Assembly: GCA_002269645.1 (NCBI GenBank)
Contig: NIVC01003248.1
Coordinates: forward strand, 1-64,000
Source: Macrostomum lignano
Lineage: Eukaryota
Reading direction: 5' to 3'
DNA length: 64,000 bases
Made by a program: the position numbers and the translations under genes. This document shows positions 49,166-60,944 of this stretch, one piece after another (the first letter of the stretch is position 1; each line of letters begins with the position of its first letter). The notes under the pieces were generated by a model that made no database searches, was not told the origin of the DNA, and saw nothing but the letters and a program-made list of their open reading frames with translations.

Positions 49166-52100
49166 TCAAAGGGTGGCGTGGCACAGGGCGATCTTGTCGA
49201 AGGTCACAAATGTGCCTTGGTTCTGCTTGCTGCAATTGAGTTGAGTTTGGGTTTCAGTGCCAATTGCAAAACAGCTTAAAAAAAGAAAGCAAAAAGTGCC
49301 GAAATTTCCTGCTGCCTCACCACTGGAAATACCGCCGCCCGTCGAACACTCCGTCGTGCTTCCCGGCCAGCCCGTCCGCCAGCTCCACGCCAACGTAGGT
49401 GCCCTGCCGGCCGTGCAGACTGCCGACATATCGGACGCGGCCGCGGGTCAGGCGGCCTCGACTGCCGCAGAACTCAACAAGATCGCCTTGGCGGAGGTCT
49501 GACTCACTGCGAGGCGCAAAGGTTCGCGGCTGGCGTTGCTGGTGCGCCGGTGGCGCCTGTGGCAAGGACGGAGGCACCGTCGAGGACCAAACTGGACGTC
49601 GCGGTTGTACCGGTGGCGGCAGCGGGCTGGAAGCTGTCCCATCGACATCGCGATCGTCGTTCCGTCCCAGGATGTCATCGACGGCGTCATCGACATCGTC
49701 GTCAAAGTCTGTGCGCGGTGGTCGTCGCCGATTATTGCGCCGTCCAGGTGTCGTTCGACGAGGTTGCGGATCCTCGGCCAGTGAGGCGACGTCGTCGCTC
49801 TCAATGTCGTCCAAATCCAGTCGACGGCGTCGGCCAAGAGTTGATAAAGGAGGTGGTGGAGGCAACGGCGGCGGCTCCAGGATCCGGTAGCTTGGCTGTC
49901 GGTGGCCTGCGCGAATCCTCGGAGTCAGCGGCGGATCTGGGGAGTTTTGATGCTTGAGTAGTTATGCATCATAGCTACTCGTGGCCAGTAGAAACAAACA
50001 AATAAAATTATATAACTCCTATATAAGGTTAGGAAGCGCAATATTTACTGCAGAAAATAATTCGTTCCCTGTAACAATGTAACAATAACGTTCCCTGAAC
50101 ACTGCCACAGAATATACATATTCTGTGATTCACTGGTCTTAATTTATACCCGGAATTAGTAGCAGAAAATACTGGTACAGATGTAATACGATAGTCGATT
50201 TTTTTATAATGAATAAAAATATCCTTTGGGTATCATCAAAATTGGTTCTCAAACGAGAGCTGTGAGTCGAGCCTGTGTCCAACATGCCCATTGGATGTTC
50301 AACTCGACTGTACAAGCCAGGCTCTCACCATAGTCGCTGCGATGAGAAGTCAGCCCGGACAGAAAGGTACGCTGCAGGTTCACTTCATCTTTGAGTCGAA
50401 GATTCTCCCGTTGAAGCTCATCGGAGCGAATTCGCGTTAGCTCCAGCTCGCGGCGCAGCTCGTCTAGCTCGACCTGCAGGTGGGCGCACTGGTCGTGGCC
50501 TCGGTGCCGCAGTCGGTTCAACTGCGGGTCACGTGGGTGTCAGGGAAAACAGCTAAATGTTGAGAGGTGAATGACTAGCTTGTACGAGTACGGGCAGAGA
50601 TGCTGGTGGAGGAGGGGGCTTTTCGAAGCGCAACCGGTGGTTAACTGAATCGCATGAACCGACCAGCTGAATAGGACGAAGGGAGAACAGGGAATTGAAC
50701 AGTCATTGATCAGTGAGGCCAAGCATGCAGGGTTCAGCAATCAAGCAAAATGGCACCTCGTTCCGGAGCACCCGATTCTCCACCACAAGCTCGTCGACGG
50801 TGGCCTGCAGCCGTGCATCGCTTGGCGGCTCCCAGGCTGGAGGTGGGGGCGGCGGTGGTCCGCTGTAGTCGGGGTTGGCACGCAGGCTCTGATTGGCGTC
50901 GCTCAGGTTCAGCACCTGTGCCTCCAGATCGGCTGGATGCAAGGAGCGCCGGGATGGGAAAAGAAAATTATAATATGAGCTACGAAGTAGCAAAGTAAGA
51001 GAGAATTGTTTGGGGAACTCGGTAATAGAGTAGCTACTCACCAATTCTGCGATGCAAGGCGTCTGGTGAGATGAATGGCGGATCAGCTGCAGGTGGTGGC
51101 GGCGCTTCCTCTGCTGGAGGCTGCAAATAATCAGAGTTTTCGTTACTTTATACGCCTTAACTTGCACAAAATTTTAACTTTTAACTTACGTCTTCAACCG
51201 GGGGATCTTTAGAAGAGCTGGCCTTGCTTTTCCGACTGCTGCTCTTTTTGCTGCAGCTACTTCTGCTACTAGCACTGCTACTGCTGCTGCTGCTGGACTT
51301 CGCAGATCTGCGAGAACTTAACTCTGCCTTCGCATCGACCTCATCCAACCCAGCAGACTTTTCTTGCTTGCCAAGGTTTTCACCTGCTATCTGTGCTACA
51401 ATGGATTCCTCATCAACAACTGATGGTGCTTTCGATGGCGTCTTCTGACCTTCGTCTACAACTGATGGAGGCCTCGATGACGTCTTCTGACCTTCGTCGA
51501 CAACTGATGGAGGCTTCGATGGCGTCTTCTGACCATCGTCTACAACTGATGGAGGCTTCGATGGCGTCTTCTGACCTTCGTCTACAACGGACGGTGGGTT
51601 TGATGGCGTCTTCTGTCCTACGTCTACAACTGATGGAGGCTTCGATGGCGTCTTCTGACCTTCGTCGACAACTGATGGAGGCTTCGATGGCGTCTTCTGT
51701 CCTTCGTTGACAACTGATGGAGGCTTCGATGGCGTCTTCTGACCATCGTCTACAACGGACGGTGGGTTTGATGGCGTCTTCTGTCCTACGTCTACAACTG
51801 ATGGAGGCTTCGATGGCGTCTTCTGACCTTCGTCGACAACTGATGGAGGCTTCGATGGCGTCTTCTGTCCTTCGTTGACAACTGATGGAGGCTTCGATGG
51901 CGTCTTCTGACCATCGTCTACAACTGATGGAGGCTTCGATGGCGTCTTCTGACCTTCGTCTACAACTGATGGAGGCTTTGATGGCGTCTTCTGTCCTACG
52001 TCTACAACTGATGGAGGCTTCGATGGCGTCTTCTGACCATCGTCTACAACTGATGGAGGCTTTGATGGCGTCTTCTGACCTTCATCTACAACTGACGGTG

Positions 52101-53457
52101 GGTTTGATGGCGTCTTCTGACCATCGTCAACAACTGATGGAGGCTTCGATGGCGTCTTCTGACCATCGTCTACAACTGATGGAGGCTTCGATGGCGTCTT
52201 CTGACCTTCGTCTACAACTGATGGAGGCTTTGATGGCGTCTTCTGTCCTACGTCTACAACTGATGGAGGCTTCGATGGCGTCTTCTGACCATCGTCTACA
52301 ACTGATGGAGGCTTTGATGGCGTCTTCTGACCTTCATCTACAACTGACGGTGGGTTTGATGGCGTCTTCTGACCATCGTCAACAACTGATGGAGGCTTCG
52401 ATGGCGTCTTCTGACCATCGTCTACAACTGATGGAGGCTTTGATGGCGTCTTCTGTCCTTCGTCGACAACTGATGGAGGCTTTGATGGCGTCTTCTGACC
52501 TTCATCTACAACTGACGGTGGGTTTGATGGCGTCTTCTGACCTTCGTCGACAACTGACGGAGACTTCGATGGCGTCTTCTGACCGTCTACAACTGATGGA
52601 GGCTTCGATGGCGTCTTCTGATCTTTGTCTACAACTGATGGAGGCTTCGATGGCGTCTTCTGACCTTCGTCGACAACTGACGGAGACTTCGATGGCGTCT
52701 TCTGACCGTCTACAACTGATGGAGGCTTCGATGGCGTCTTCTGACCTTCGTCTACAACTGATGGAGGCTTCGATGGCGTCTTCTGACCTTCGTCTACAAC
52801 TGATGGAGGCTTCGATGGCGTCTTCTGACCATCGTCTACAACTGATGGAGGCTTCGATGGCGTCTTCTGACCATCGTCTACAACTGATGGAGGCTTTGAT
52901 GGCGTCTTCTGACCTTCATCTACAACTGACGGTGGGTTTGATGGCGTCTTCTGACCATCGTCAACAACTGACGGTGGGTTTGAAGGCGTCTTCTGACCAT
53001 CGTCAACAACTGACGGTGGGTTTGATGGCGTCTTCTGACCATCGTCAACAACTGATGGAGGCTTTGATGGCGTCTTCTGACCATCGTCAACAACTGATGG
53101 AGGCTTCGATGGCGTCTTCTGACCATCGTCTACAACTGATGGAGGCTTTGATGGCGTCTTCTGACCTTCATCTACAACTGACGGTGGGTTTGATGGCGTC
53201 TTCTGACCATCGTCAACAACTGACGGTGGGTTTGATGGCGTCTTCTGACCTTCATCCACAAGTGATAGAGGCTTTACGGGTGTTCTAAGGCCCTCGTCGA
53301 TAGCGGACCCCTTTGGAGAAATATTTTCTCGCTGGCTGTCAATGTCAGTAGCTCTACCACTGACTATGTGCAGCAGTGGTGGATCAGCTTCAATCCTGAA
53401 GTTTTCATCTTCTGAATTCCCTTGGTCTTCACCGAACTGTTGATCTTGAAAATCCAT
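49166..53457 (-). CDS. Repeat-array / coiled-coil / C-terminal CAP-Gly protein, 1131 aa (exons 53457-51190, 51120-51042, 50932-50757, 50521-50329, 49936-49321, 49229-49166); may have further 5' exons
   Basis: CAP-Gly GRVRYVG...YVGVEL...GKHDGVFDGRRYFQC...GTFV is completed across a phase-2 intron; heptad-rich exons; all phases consistent (3396 nt); AG lies immediately before the ATG. Confidence 0.82.
51410..53260 (-). repeat. Coding 42-bp repeat (KTPSKPPSVVDEGQ), about 44 copies
   Basis: Read from the 758-aa ORF; the only length variants are two 3-nt in-frame deletions. Confidence 0.95.
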
Positions 53458-55199
53458 CTAATCGGAAAACATTCTGTAATTTTAAAGAATAAGTTCATAT
53501 CTCTGGTCATTTACGAAAGTGGGTTCGGGATACTTTGTGTTAGTGATTTTAGATTAAATCAAACGCAAAAAAAATTTCTGACTCTAAAGTATTCCTAAAA
53601 ATCCTAAAGTATTTTTGAGCTAGATGGAAACACATGCTTTAAAAAGGTCCATAAATATATTGAATTTGTACTTATTAATACTTATACTATATGCATACAC
53701 AGTAAATACCATATAATTTACTAAAAATTACTAAGTTACATTGTTTTTAGACTTTTGGCATTAAGAAATTTTTCAATAAAGTTTCTAACTATTGATAAGT
53801 TTTATTCATAAGCCTTGATACTTCGTGTTGTCATAAATGATCCTCATATTTTTGGTACCAGTTATTTGCAATAAATATACTTATAATTTCAAATGAAAGT
53901 AATGATAGAATTACAATAAGAAATAATTTAAAATTCTTAATTTAAATTTTGTTTTTAACTTCTTTTTAAAATAAAGTATACAGAGTTTTTATTGAGAAAC
54001 AGAAAAGAATTGTACTGATGTTTGTTGCTATGAAAATTCTATTCACAATAACAGCGTGCTGTTGAAGCAAATTAAAAAACTCTTCATCGACATTTAATTC
54101 TAACTTGTACCAGAGTCCTCAAATTATTTATTAGGACTAGGCAATAGGCAGTCTATAATATTTTATCAGAGTATATTGTAAGCCGACAGGGCGAATCCCG
54201 AAAATTATATGGCCAACGGGCTCAAATTATAGAGCAAAATTACGTATTGGCAGGGTTAAAATGTATGATTCGATTTCTTTAGCCATTGCTGAGGGGACCA
54301 CAGCCCCTTGCCCACCTCCTGGATCTTCGCAGAGTTGCGTGATAAATGTTATAGTCACACAACTATTGAAAGTTGATAAATCTAAAATAAAATGTTTTAA
54401 ACTCTGAACTCACAGAATCACTGAGCAAACGCTACGCATCCATAGCAACAAAAAAGCTATAAAAGTTTTACCCTATAACCATTAAAAGTAAACTATTATT
54501 TTTAAAATTCAGGTGGTAAAATACTAAAACACTTTTTATAACATCTGGAATTGTAATGTGTTTGTTAAACCAAAGTAAATGTTAAAACTTAACGATTTAC
54601 CATCTGAGCTATTATGTCCGCTTAATTTAGTCTTATGAATTCGTGGTCACCATTCGTCCATAATAAACTTTTATTATGTCCATTTTATGCTCTCTGTGTT
54701 CATTCATTCAGTTTTTAAAGAAATCTTGTTATTTCTTACACAATAATTTAAGCTACAATTTTTTAAAAATGTTTTAAGCTGTCACATACAGTAGGACTCG
54801 GGGGCTCATTAGCTCTCATTGGACTCATTGATCTTATTAGGCTCATTGGGCTCAGCAGCTCGAGACAAATCCAAGGACTATTAAGCATACGCGCCATAAA
54901 CGACATTTAATAAGTACATGTATAGTCCGTGGACCATGCAATTACTTTGAAGGCTTGCGGAATTCTATTGCCTCGATCAGAATTGCCTCAAATTTAATGC
55001 TAGCTTATTACTTTACTCTGGCCTCGTCTCACCGTACTCCATGGCTTTGCCTCTTTATGCTACCTATTCTGGGGAACTTCTAAGCCATTTAGGTAGTTTG
55101 GTACATTTTTGTACAATGGTAGATGCACTATAGCTTTGTTAGCGACAGTTTTTCCGTAAAATCATATACTGTATAACGACTACTGTATAACACAATTTT

Positions 55200-55330
55200 A
55201 AGTCCCCATTTATTTTGTTGTCTAGCGGGCAAAAGCAAGAGGTGTCTCGTTTATTGACCGAGGCGAAGCCGAGGTCAATGATCGAGACACCGAGTGCTTT
55301 TGGCCCTAGACAGCTAAATAAGTGGGGAAT
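55200..55330. other. Imperfect palindrome of about 130 bp centred on GAGGCGAAGCC
   Basis: tccccatttattttgttgtctagcgggcaaaagca pairs with tgcttttggccctagacagctaaataagtgggga; ggtgtctcg with cgagacacc; attgacc with ggtcaat. Confidence 0.85.
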
Positions 55331-55932
55331 ATGATATGTATATCCCCCGTTCGGTATGTTGGCTGCTAGCTGTTTGTCTATGGTTGTTGTCTCGAATTTA
55401 TCAGCCCGTGGGGCAGCGGGAAATAAATGATTTATTCACCTAGGGAAATAAATGAAAACATGCGTCACATAGACACTCGCCCGGGGCAAAAGGGGGATAC
55501 ATCCTCGCGCAGCCCTCGTATTTGTGCCGTTTTGGCCCTAGGAAGCATAGACATATTTCTATTGTGTCATACTTCGCGGGCCGCATCACTTCATTTCGGC
55601 CCGCTCCTAGATGCAGGGCTAAGCAGAGTATGCAGTTTTCGATATACCATCTTTACCATAGACTATAATCCAGGGCCGAATCATTGATTCTGCCCGCAGC
55701 GTGGCTGAGCGCAAAAACTGGGGTGGGAGCTTCGCCCGCACATTTTAACCATAGAGAAAATCAACCAGAGTCTGACTGCAGTTAAGTAGTGGATATCAGA
55801 ATTCTTTTCATTCTGAATTTAACTTTTTTTGTCAAACTGCTGAGCTAGAAAAAAATGATCAATTTGTCAAGAATTGCGACTGGAGATATCTCCGGACTTG
55901 ACACTCTATGGATGAAATCAAGGCTGTACACG

Positions 55933-57695
55933 CCTCCCCTGAAGAGAGAATTCGGTCGATACAATATGCCCTGAAAACTACTGATTTCCCATGAATCCAT
56001 GACCCAGCAGAAGTCCAAAAAAGCAATCCTAGAAATCCTATCGAATTGTCTGCACAGTGTACAGGTATGCAAAATATTACAGTGACTTTAGTTGATATCG
56101 GTATAGAATGAAACTAATCCATTCTGCCAGAGCCTCAGAAGTTGGCCTTTCATGGCTGAGTATCGCCTCAGGCCAATCGCACGGAATCGAACCAACTATA
56201 CATGCATACATTTTTCGCAAGAGGCAGCTGCTCAGCCTCTCAATTGCTTCATCAGTTGTTTATTATTAAAGTGCAGCCGAGCTCTGGCAGCCCGTCTCTA
56301 TTCTGTCCAGCTCTCGGCCGCAGCAATTCGCTGCATTTTGCATTCCTGCCACCTGCAGCCAGCAGCAACAGACAGGCTTGAGCACGCACTGAATGGTCTG
56401 AGAGCCATCGAATTATGATATGCGAGCATGGTCACAATGGCTTTTTAAGACAAAACGCAGTCGAGCTGTAGGCAGCGGGTGGTTAGAGAGGCCAGCTTAA
56501 CCTCTCTGTATCTCTGCTCGCTCGCTATTCTCAGGCCAGCTCACCGCTCTGTCAGCCTCCCTGCAGTTTGGCAGACTCCGGGGCAACCAGCAGTGCTGTA
56601 CTCGGTCTGTTTTGAGTAGTGAGCTGAATGGAGCTGCATTCTAGCTAGACTTATTTATTATCTCAGGCAGGAGTTGCGGGGGTTGGGTGGTTCGAGAGGC
56701 CAGTATGGGGTGATTGCGAACTCGAGTAGTTTTCTCTTTGCGGGCTTTTATGACGCCAGACTGTCGCACTGCGAGTGCTGAGCTGGGTGGGGCCGTTCCA
56801 GATGAAGCTTGGAGATTCATTTAGCGATGAGGCTGCCGAGATGACCAGCGCAAAGCTGAGCTGTCTGAGGCTGCAGTGGCAGCTGCTCCCGAAAGAGTTG
56901 CAGCCCCAGCCTTGCACAATGGAGACTCTGCATTGTGCTTTAGCACCCTGCCTGCCCCCTCACTGCACCTTCGCTTCTGTGCTCAGAGATGACGGGCGGA
57001 GGCTGGGCTGCCAGCCAGCTGCATTTTTTTGATAGTTTAGCGCTTTCTCGAAGCATGAGAAAACAAGCGTTTATTGAGCGGAGTCTGCATGATCTGAGCT
57101 GGGATCTGATAGAGAACAAAGAAGCTGAGCTGGGATCTTATGGAGAGTAGAGAAGCTGAGCTTTCGAGTTGACAAATCTCAGCAGTGAAATGCTAAAGTG
57201 CCGGTCACCAAGTGCAAAATGCAATAAAAAAGCCAGGCAGCCGCAGTGCACAGATAAACCGTGTGAAATCCAAAATCAGCCTATATGTGAGTCCCGCACT
57301 GTCCTGGGCAGGCCGAGAGCTGGACAGAACAGAGACGGGCCGCCAGAGCTCGGCTGCACTTTAATAATAAACAACTGATGAAGCAATTGAGAGGCTGAGC
57401 AGCTGCCTCTTGCGAAAAATGTATGCATGTATAGTTGGTTCGATTCCGTGCGATTGGCCTGAGGCGATACTCAGCCATGAAAGGCCAACTTCTGAGGCTC
57501 TGGCAGAATGGATTAGTTTCATTCTATACCGATATCAACTAAAGTCACTGTAATATTTTGCATACCTGTACACTGCAGACAATGCGATAGGATTTCTAGG
57601 ATTGCTTTTTTGGACTTCTGCTGGGTCATGGATTCATGGGAAATCAGTAGTTTTCAGGGCATATTGTATCGACCGAATTCTCTCTTCAGGGGAGG
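55933..57695. mobile_element. 1.76-kb foldback/long-TIR element: arms of about 385 bp (55933-56318, 57311-57695) around a non-coding core of about 1 kb
   Basis: Same MAEYRLRPIARN... pseudo-ORF on opposite strands (56152+ and 57478-); I count about 5 differences between arms; no clear TSD. Confidence 0.85.
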
Positions 57696-57770
57696 TCAGT
57701 GTTCAGTTGTTTTTGTAGTGTGCTAAGTTATAGATTATAGCATCACTCTAAAGAAACCGATTTTTTGTAG

Positions 57771-57997
57771 GTCATCGCCGCGATGAATCCGTCAATCGAT
57801 ACACCAAGCGCATCTCTGAGAAGAGAGCTGAGATCCAGGTTTCTCGCAGTCTCACGGAAGCATCGCACTCAGAGTCGAAGATGTCGAAGGTGGTTTCAAT
57901 GGAGCACCGCCAGACGGAGTACAATGAGCCTGGCCCGTCGCGCAACCCAATAACTACTCTGGGGAAGGATGGAGCTAAAATCAGCTTCTTCTTGTAA
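57771..57997 (+). pseudogene. Crypton-like tyrosine recombinase C-terminal exon A: (G)HRRDESVNRYTKRISEK...
   Basis: Acceptor tttttgtag at 57762-57770; GH...Y catalytic box; clearly paralogous to fragment B. Confidence 0.65.
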
Positions 57998-58473
57998 AAG
58001 AGGCAAGCGGTGAATGGAAGTAAGATGTGAACCTGTAACGGACAATGAATTTTTCTAGCAATGTATGTGACAATTACATTTAATGGTTATCTGTTACAGC
58101 TTTTAATTATACGTTAATTACGAGTACATATGTTATACTCAATCGTTCTGGCAAAAGTTTGGCCATAGACTAGCCTCACATCTTCATTTCGGCCTGCGAT
58201 GTGGACATAATAAATCTAGACACAATTCTCCATAATCCGCTATTCCTACCCTAATTTGCAAGGGCGGGCAGAAACGCCATTTCCTGCCCGGTCTATGGTA
58301 ACTCCATACCATTTGAGTGTGAATCTTTTCGAATTTTTATTTCCTTTCCGCTGCCGATGTCTGTGATAAAAATCACGAGTTAATGCTTCGTCTATGTCTC
58401 AAGTTTACTGTAATTTCAGTTTTCTCTGCTAAATATCTTGAATTTTATTAAAATAGAAATACTATCTGTCCAA

Positions 58474-58785
58474 GTTTCTGTCCAAGACATTCAGGCTGTA
58501 ACTGGACACAAGCGCGCCGAGTCTGTAGTACAACGTTACACAAAGAGGATCAGTTCCGAGAAGAAGCAGAAGCTATCCAATTGTCTCAGTGAGTGTCTTC
58601 AACCGGAAAATCGCATTGATAGTGTTCAGATCTTCGATGCTCCGGCCACGGTTCCGACTGTCAGTGTCAATCCGGGATCTCCCAACGTGTCAGGAGGTGC
58701 GACGGCGACGGATGCTTTAACTGGCCAGCCTCGACAGTTGGTTGGGCCTTTTAATAATTGTACCTTCAATTTTTATTATAAGTGA
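58474..58785 (+). pseudogene. Crypton-like tyrosine recombinase C-terminal fragment B: VSVQDIQAVTGHKRAESVVQRYTKRISSEKKQKLS...FNNCTFNF
   Basis: IxxxTGH-x-S-x-Y pattern and FxNCxFN tail typical of Crypton/DUF3504 recombinases. Confidence 0.72.
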
Positions 58786-58926
58786 GTGATTGAGCAGACA
58801 TTTGCAGGTGAGTCATTACTCACGCAAGACTATTTTTGTTAGCAATTTGTTCACTATTTAAATGGAAATTTAAAAACTGCACCATCCTAACGTACTGAAT
58901 AGCTAATCTCGTAAGTTTTTCGCACT

Positions 58927-59535
58927 ATATTCTCTAAATCTTCTCTAAATCGCGTGTTCCCCGTGCTCTGCGTGCTGGTGTCGTCTATCAACTCAACTGC
59001 TCTGTTGACCAGAGCGTCTCCTACGTGGGGAAAACTAAAAGACACCTACACACCAGAACCAGGGAGCACTGGCTCAAACCGTCTGCTATAACAAGATCAC
59101 TTACTGCACTGTAGTAGCTGCTCTAACTGCAACCCAAACGAGCACTTTAAAATCATTGACCAATGTCAGTCGGACTTCAAACTTAGAATTCTTGAGGCCA
59201 TGCACATAAAAGCCCAGTCAACCAGCCTAAACACACAACTCCAACATAGTGGCGCGGGTCACCCACCCCGTGTCTTTTGATGAGAGAGAGTACTGGGTGT
59301 ACATTCTTTCCGCCCCGGACTTCACTCTGCCGTACGGACTAACTCATGTGTTCTCCAATATCGATTTGTTCAATAATTTTTCTAATTTTTCTTGTTTACC
59401 TACAACCAACTCCACATATTTATTCGCAAAACCTGTTTAATTTCGTTGTTGAAAAAATAAACCTGAAGATGCACCTAGGAGTGCGAAACGCGTCGTTACT
59501 TACACTATGTTGATTTTCGGATTCATATTCTCTAA
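58927..59535 (+). mobile_element. 5'-truncated Penelope-like element: GIY-YIG endonuclease (58956-59280, one frameshift near 59091) plus 3' pLTR
   Basis: GVVYQLNC...SYVGKTKRHLHTRTREH...SAI/QDHLLHC...FKII...LRILEAMHIK...LNTQ; 11-bp direct repeat ATATTCTCTAA at 58927-58937 and 59525-59535. Confidence 0.88.
59460..59497 (+). ncRNA. Minimal type-I hammerhead ribozyme in the Penelope pLTR
   Basis: CTGAAGA-T, stem II GCAC/GTGC, GAAA, palindromic stem III ACGCGT, GTC cleavage triplet at 59492-59494; stem I is only about 3 bp (AAC/GTT). Confidence 0.7.
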
Positions 59536-60944
59536 TTATTATTTTACAATATTAAATTTGACAATATGAAAATACCATCCATTATAACGTAATAACTGGT
59601 TAATAGTACATTAATACCCATGCTTTAAGGGCGTTAATAGGAAAATCAGAGGGCGCCTACGGCGTCCTTGACATAGACATTATTCATTATTGTGCCATAG
59701 ACATTTGTGTCCTTGACAAAGTGGGACAAAATTAGCTAATTTGCATTAGAGTAAGTTTGAAATAGACAATCGGGCGTTAAATGTCATTAACTGCCCGCTA
59801 ATTTGCATTTAAAGTAAGTGTGACTCCTGCAAGCGGGCTTAAATGTAGTTTATGGCATTAAAAGGCAAGAATAAGTGCCCAGCGGGCACAAAGGACATGG
59901 TACAATAAGTATTTCGTGTTCTTTAATTGTCCATAGTTTATTCAATGTTTGCGCTAAAATATATTCAGTTGCCATAGACAACTGAATTATGTCTATGACA
60001 ATGTCTTACGCGCTGTTTCTTTTACACTAAAAGGATTGAAGATTGAAGGAGTGAAGTGAACTTTTCACTTGTAGTTTGTGGTCTACAAGCTTGTAGCTTA
60101 TAATTTGTAACTCGTATGAGACGTAATTAAACGGGAAGTTTTTATTACCATGTGATCTGAATGACTTAAATGCTGCAGTAACATGTACCTGGTCAGTGAA
60201 GTTCGCATAGAGCTAGATTGCCAAAATTTCGAGTAAAAATGCCTTTCCTCAGACTCAACATTTAACTAACGAAACATTGACTCTTTTCAAATGTTTTTTT
60301 CTACTTTTTATATTGAAATGTAACATGTACGTCATTTTAATTTTGGATGCAGCTTGTAATTTAGTCAGTAGGAAATGACGCACTGGAGGCAGTGCTTTTG
60401 TCAAGAAGGCATCAAATACAGCATATGGAGGTGAAGCCTGCTTGGTGCTCGGCTCGCAGTTTGCAGAGAGATGGGGCTTACGGGACTGCGATTTAGCCCA
60501 GCAACTCTGGCCTTCTGTGCTCTCCCAGCTTTGCTGAGTGGACGGAAGTTAAAGTTATGTGGCTTTCCAGCCTGGCAGAATGAGCATGCACCTGATACTA
60601 GCAGTGCTGAGTCCAACTCAATCCTGATTCGCTGTCGGTGGTTGAGCGGCCAGTAACTCCCCCTGAATAAACACTAATATAGCAGGCTCCTGCCGTGTGC
60701 ACCCAGTGAGTTTCTCCCGCAGTTGTTAAAAGTTCCTATTTTGCAAGAAATCGATCGTGAAGAGCTGAGAATTCCAGCAAGAAAATAAAATCTTGTTCTC
60801 TGTGACTTGCCTGCGCAGTTGACAGCTGTCTCAGACCGAGCGCGTGAAGTCAATTACATACAGTAGCTCGTATTGGTTGCATTAAAGCAGCAACAGCCAC
60901 GCGATCGAGTAATAAAATTTCAGACAACTGTTCAGTTGATTGAA

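Noticed and set aside
51410-53260. SKPP as EB-binding SxIP motifs
   Set aside because: Lacks the required Ile/Leu at position 3.
51885-53288. 467-aa plus-strand ORF (MEASMASSD repeats)
   Set aside because: Antisense shadow of the CAP-Gly repeat exon, which has unique coding flanks and splice sites on the minus strand.
56152-57478. Duplicated MAEYRLRP... ORFs as genes
   Set aside because: They lie within the two arms of the inverted repeat and diverge exactly at the arm boundary.
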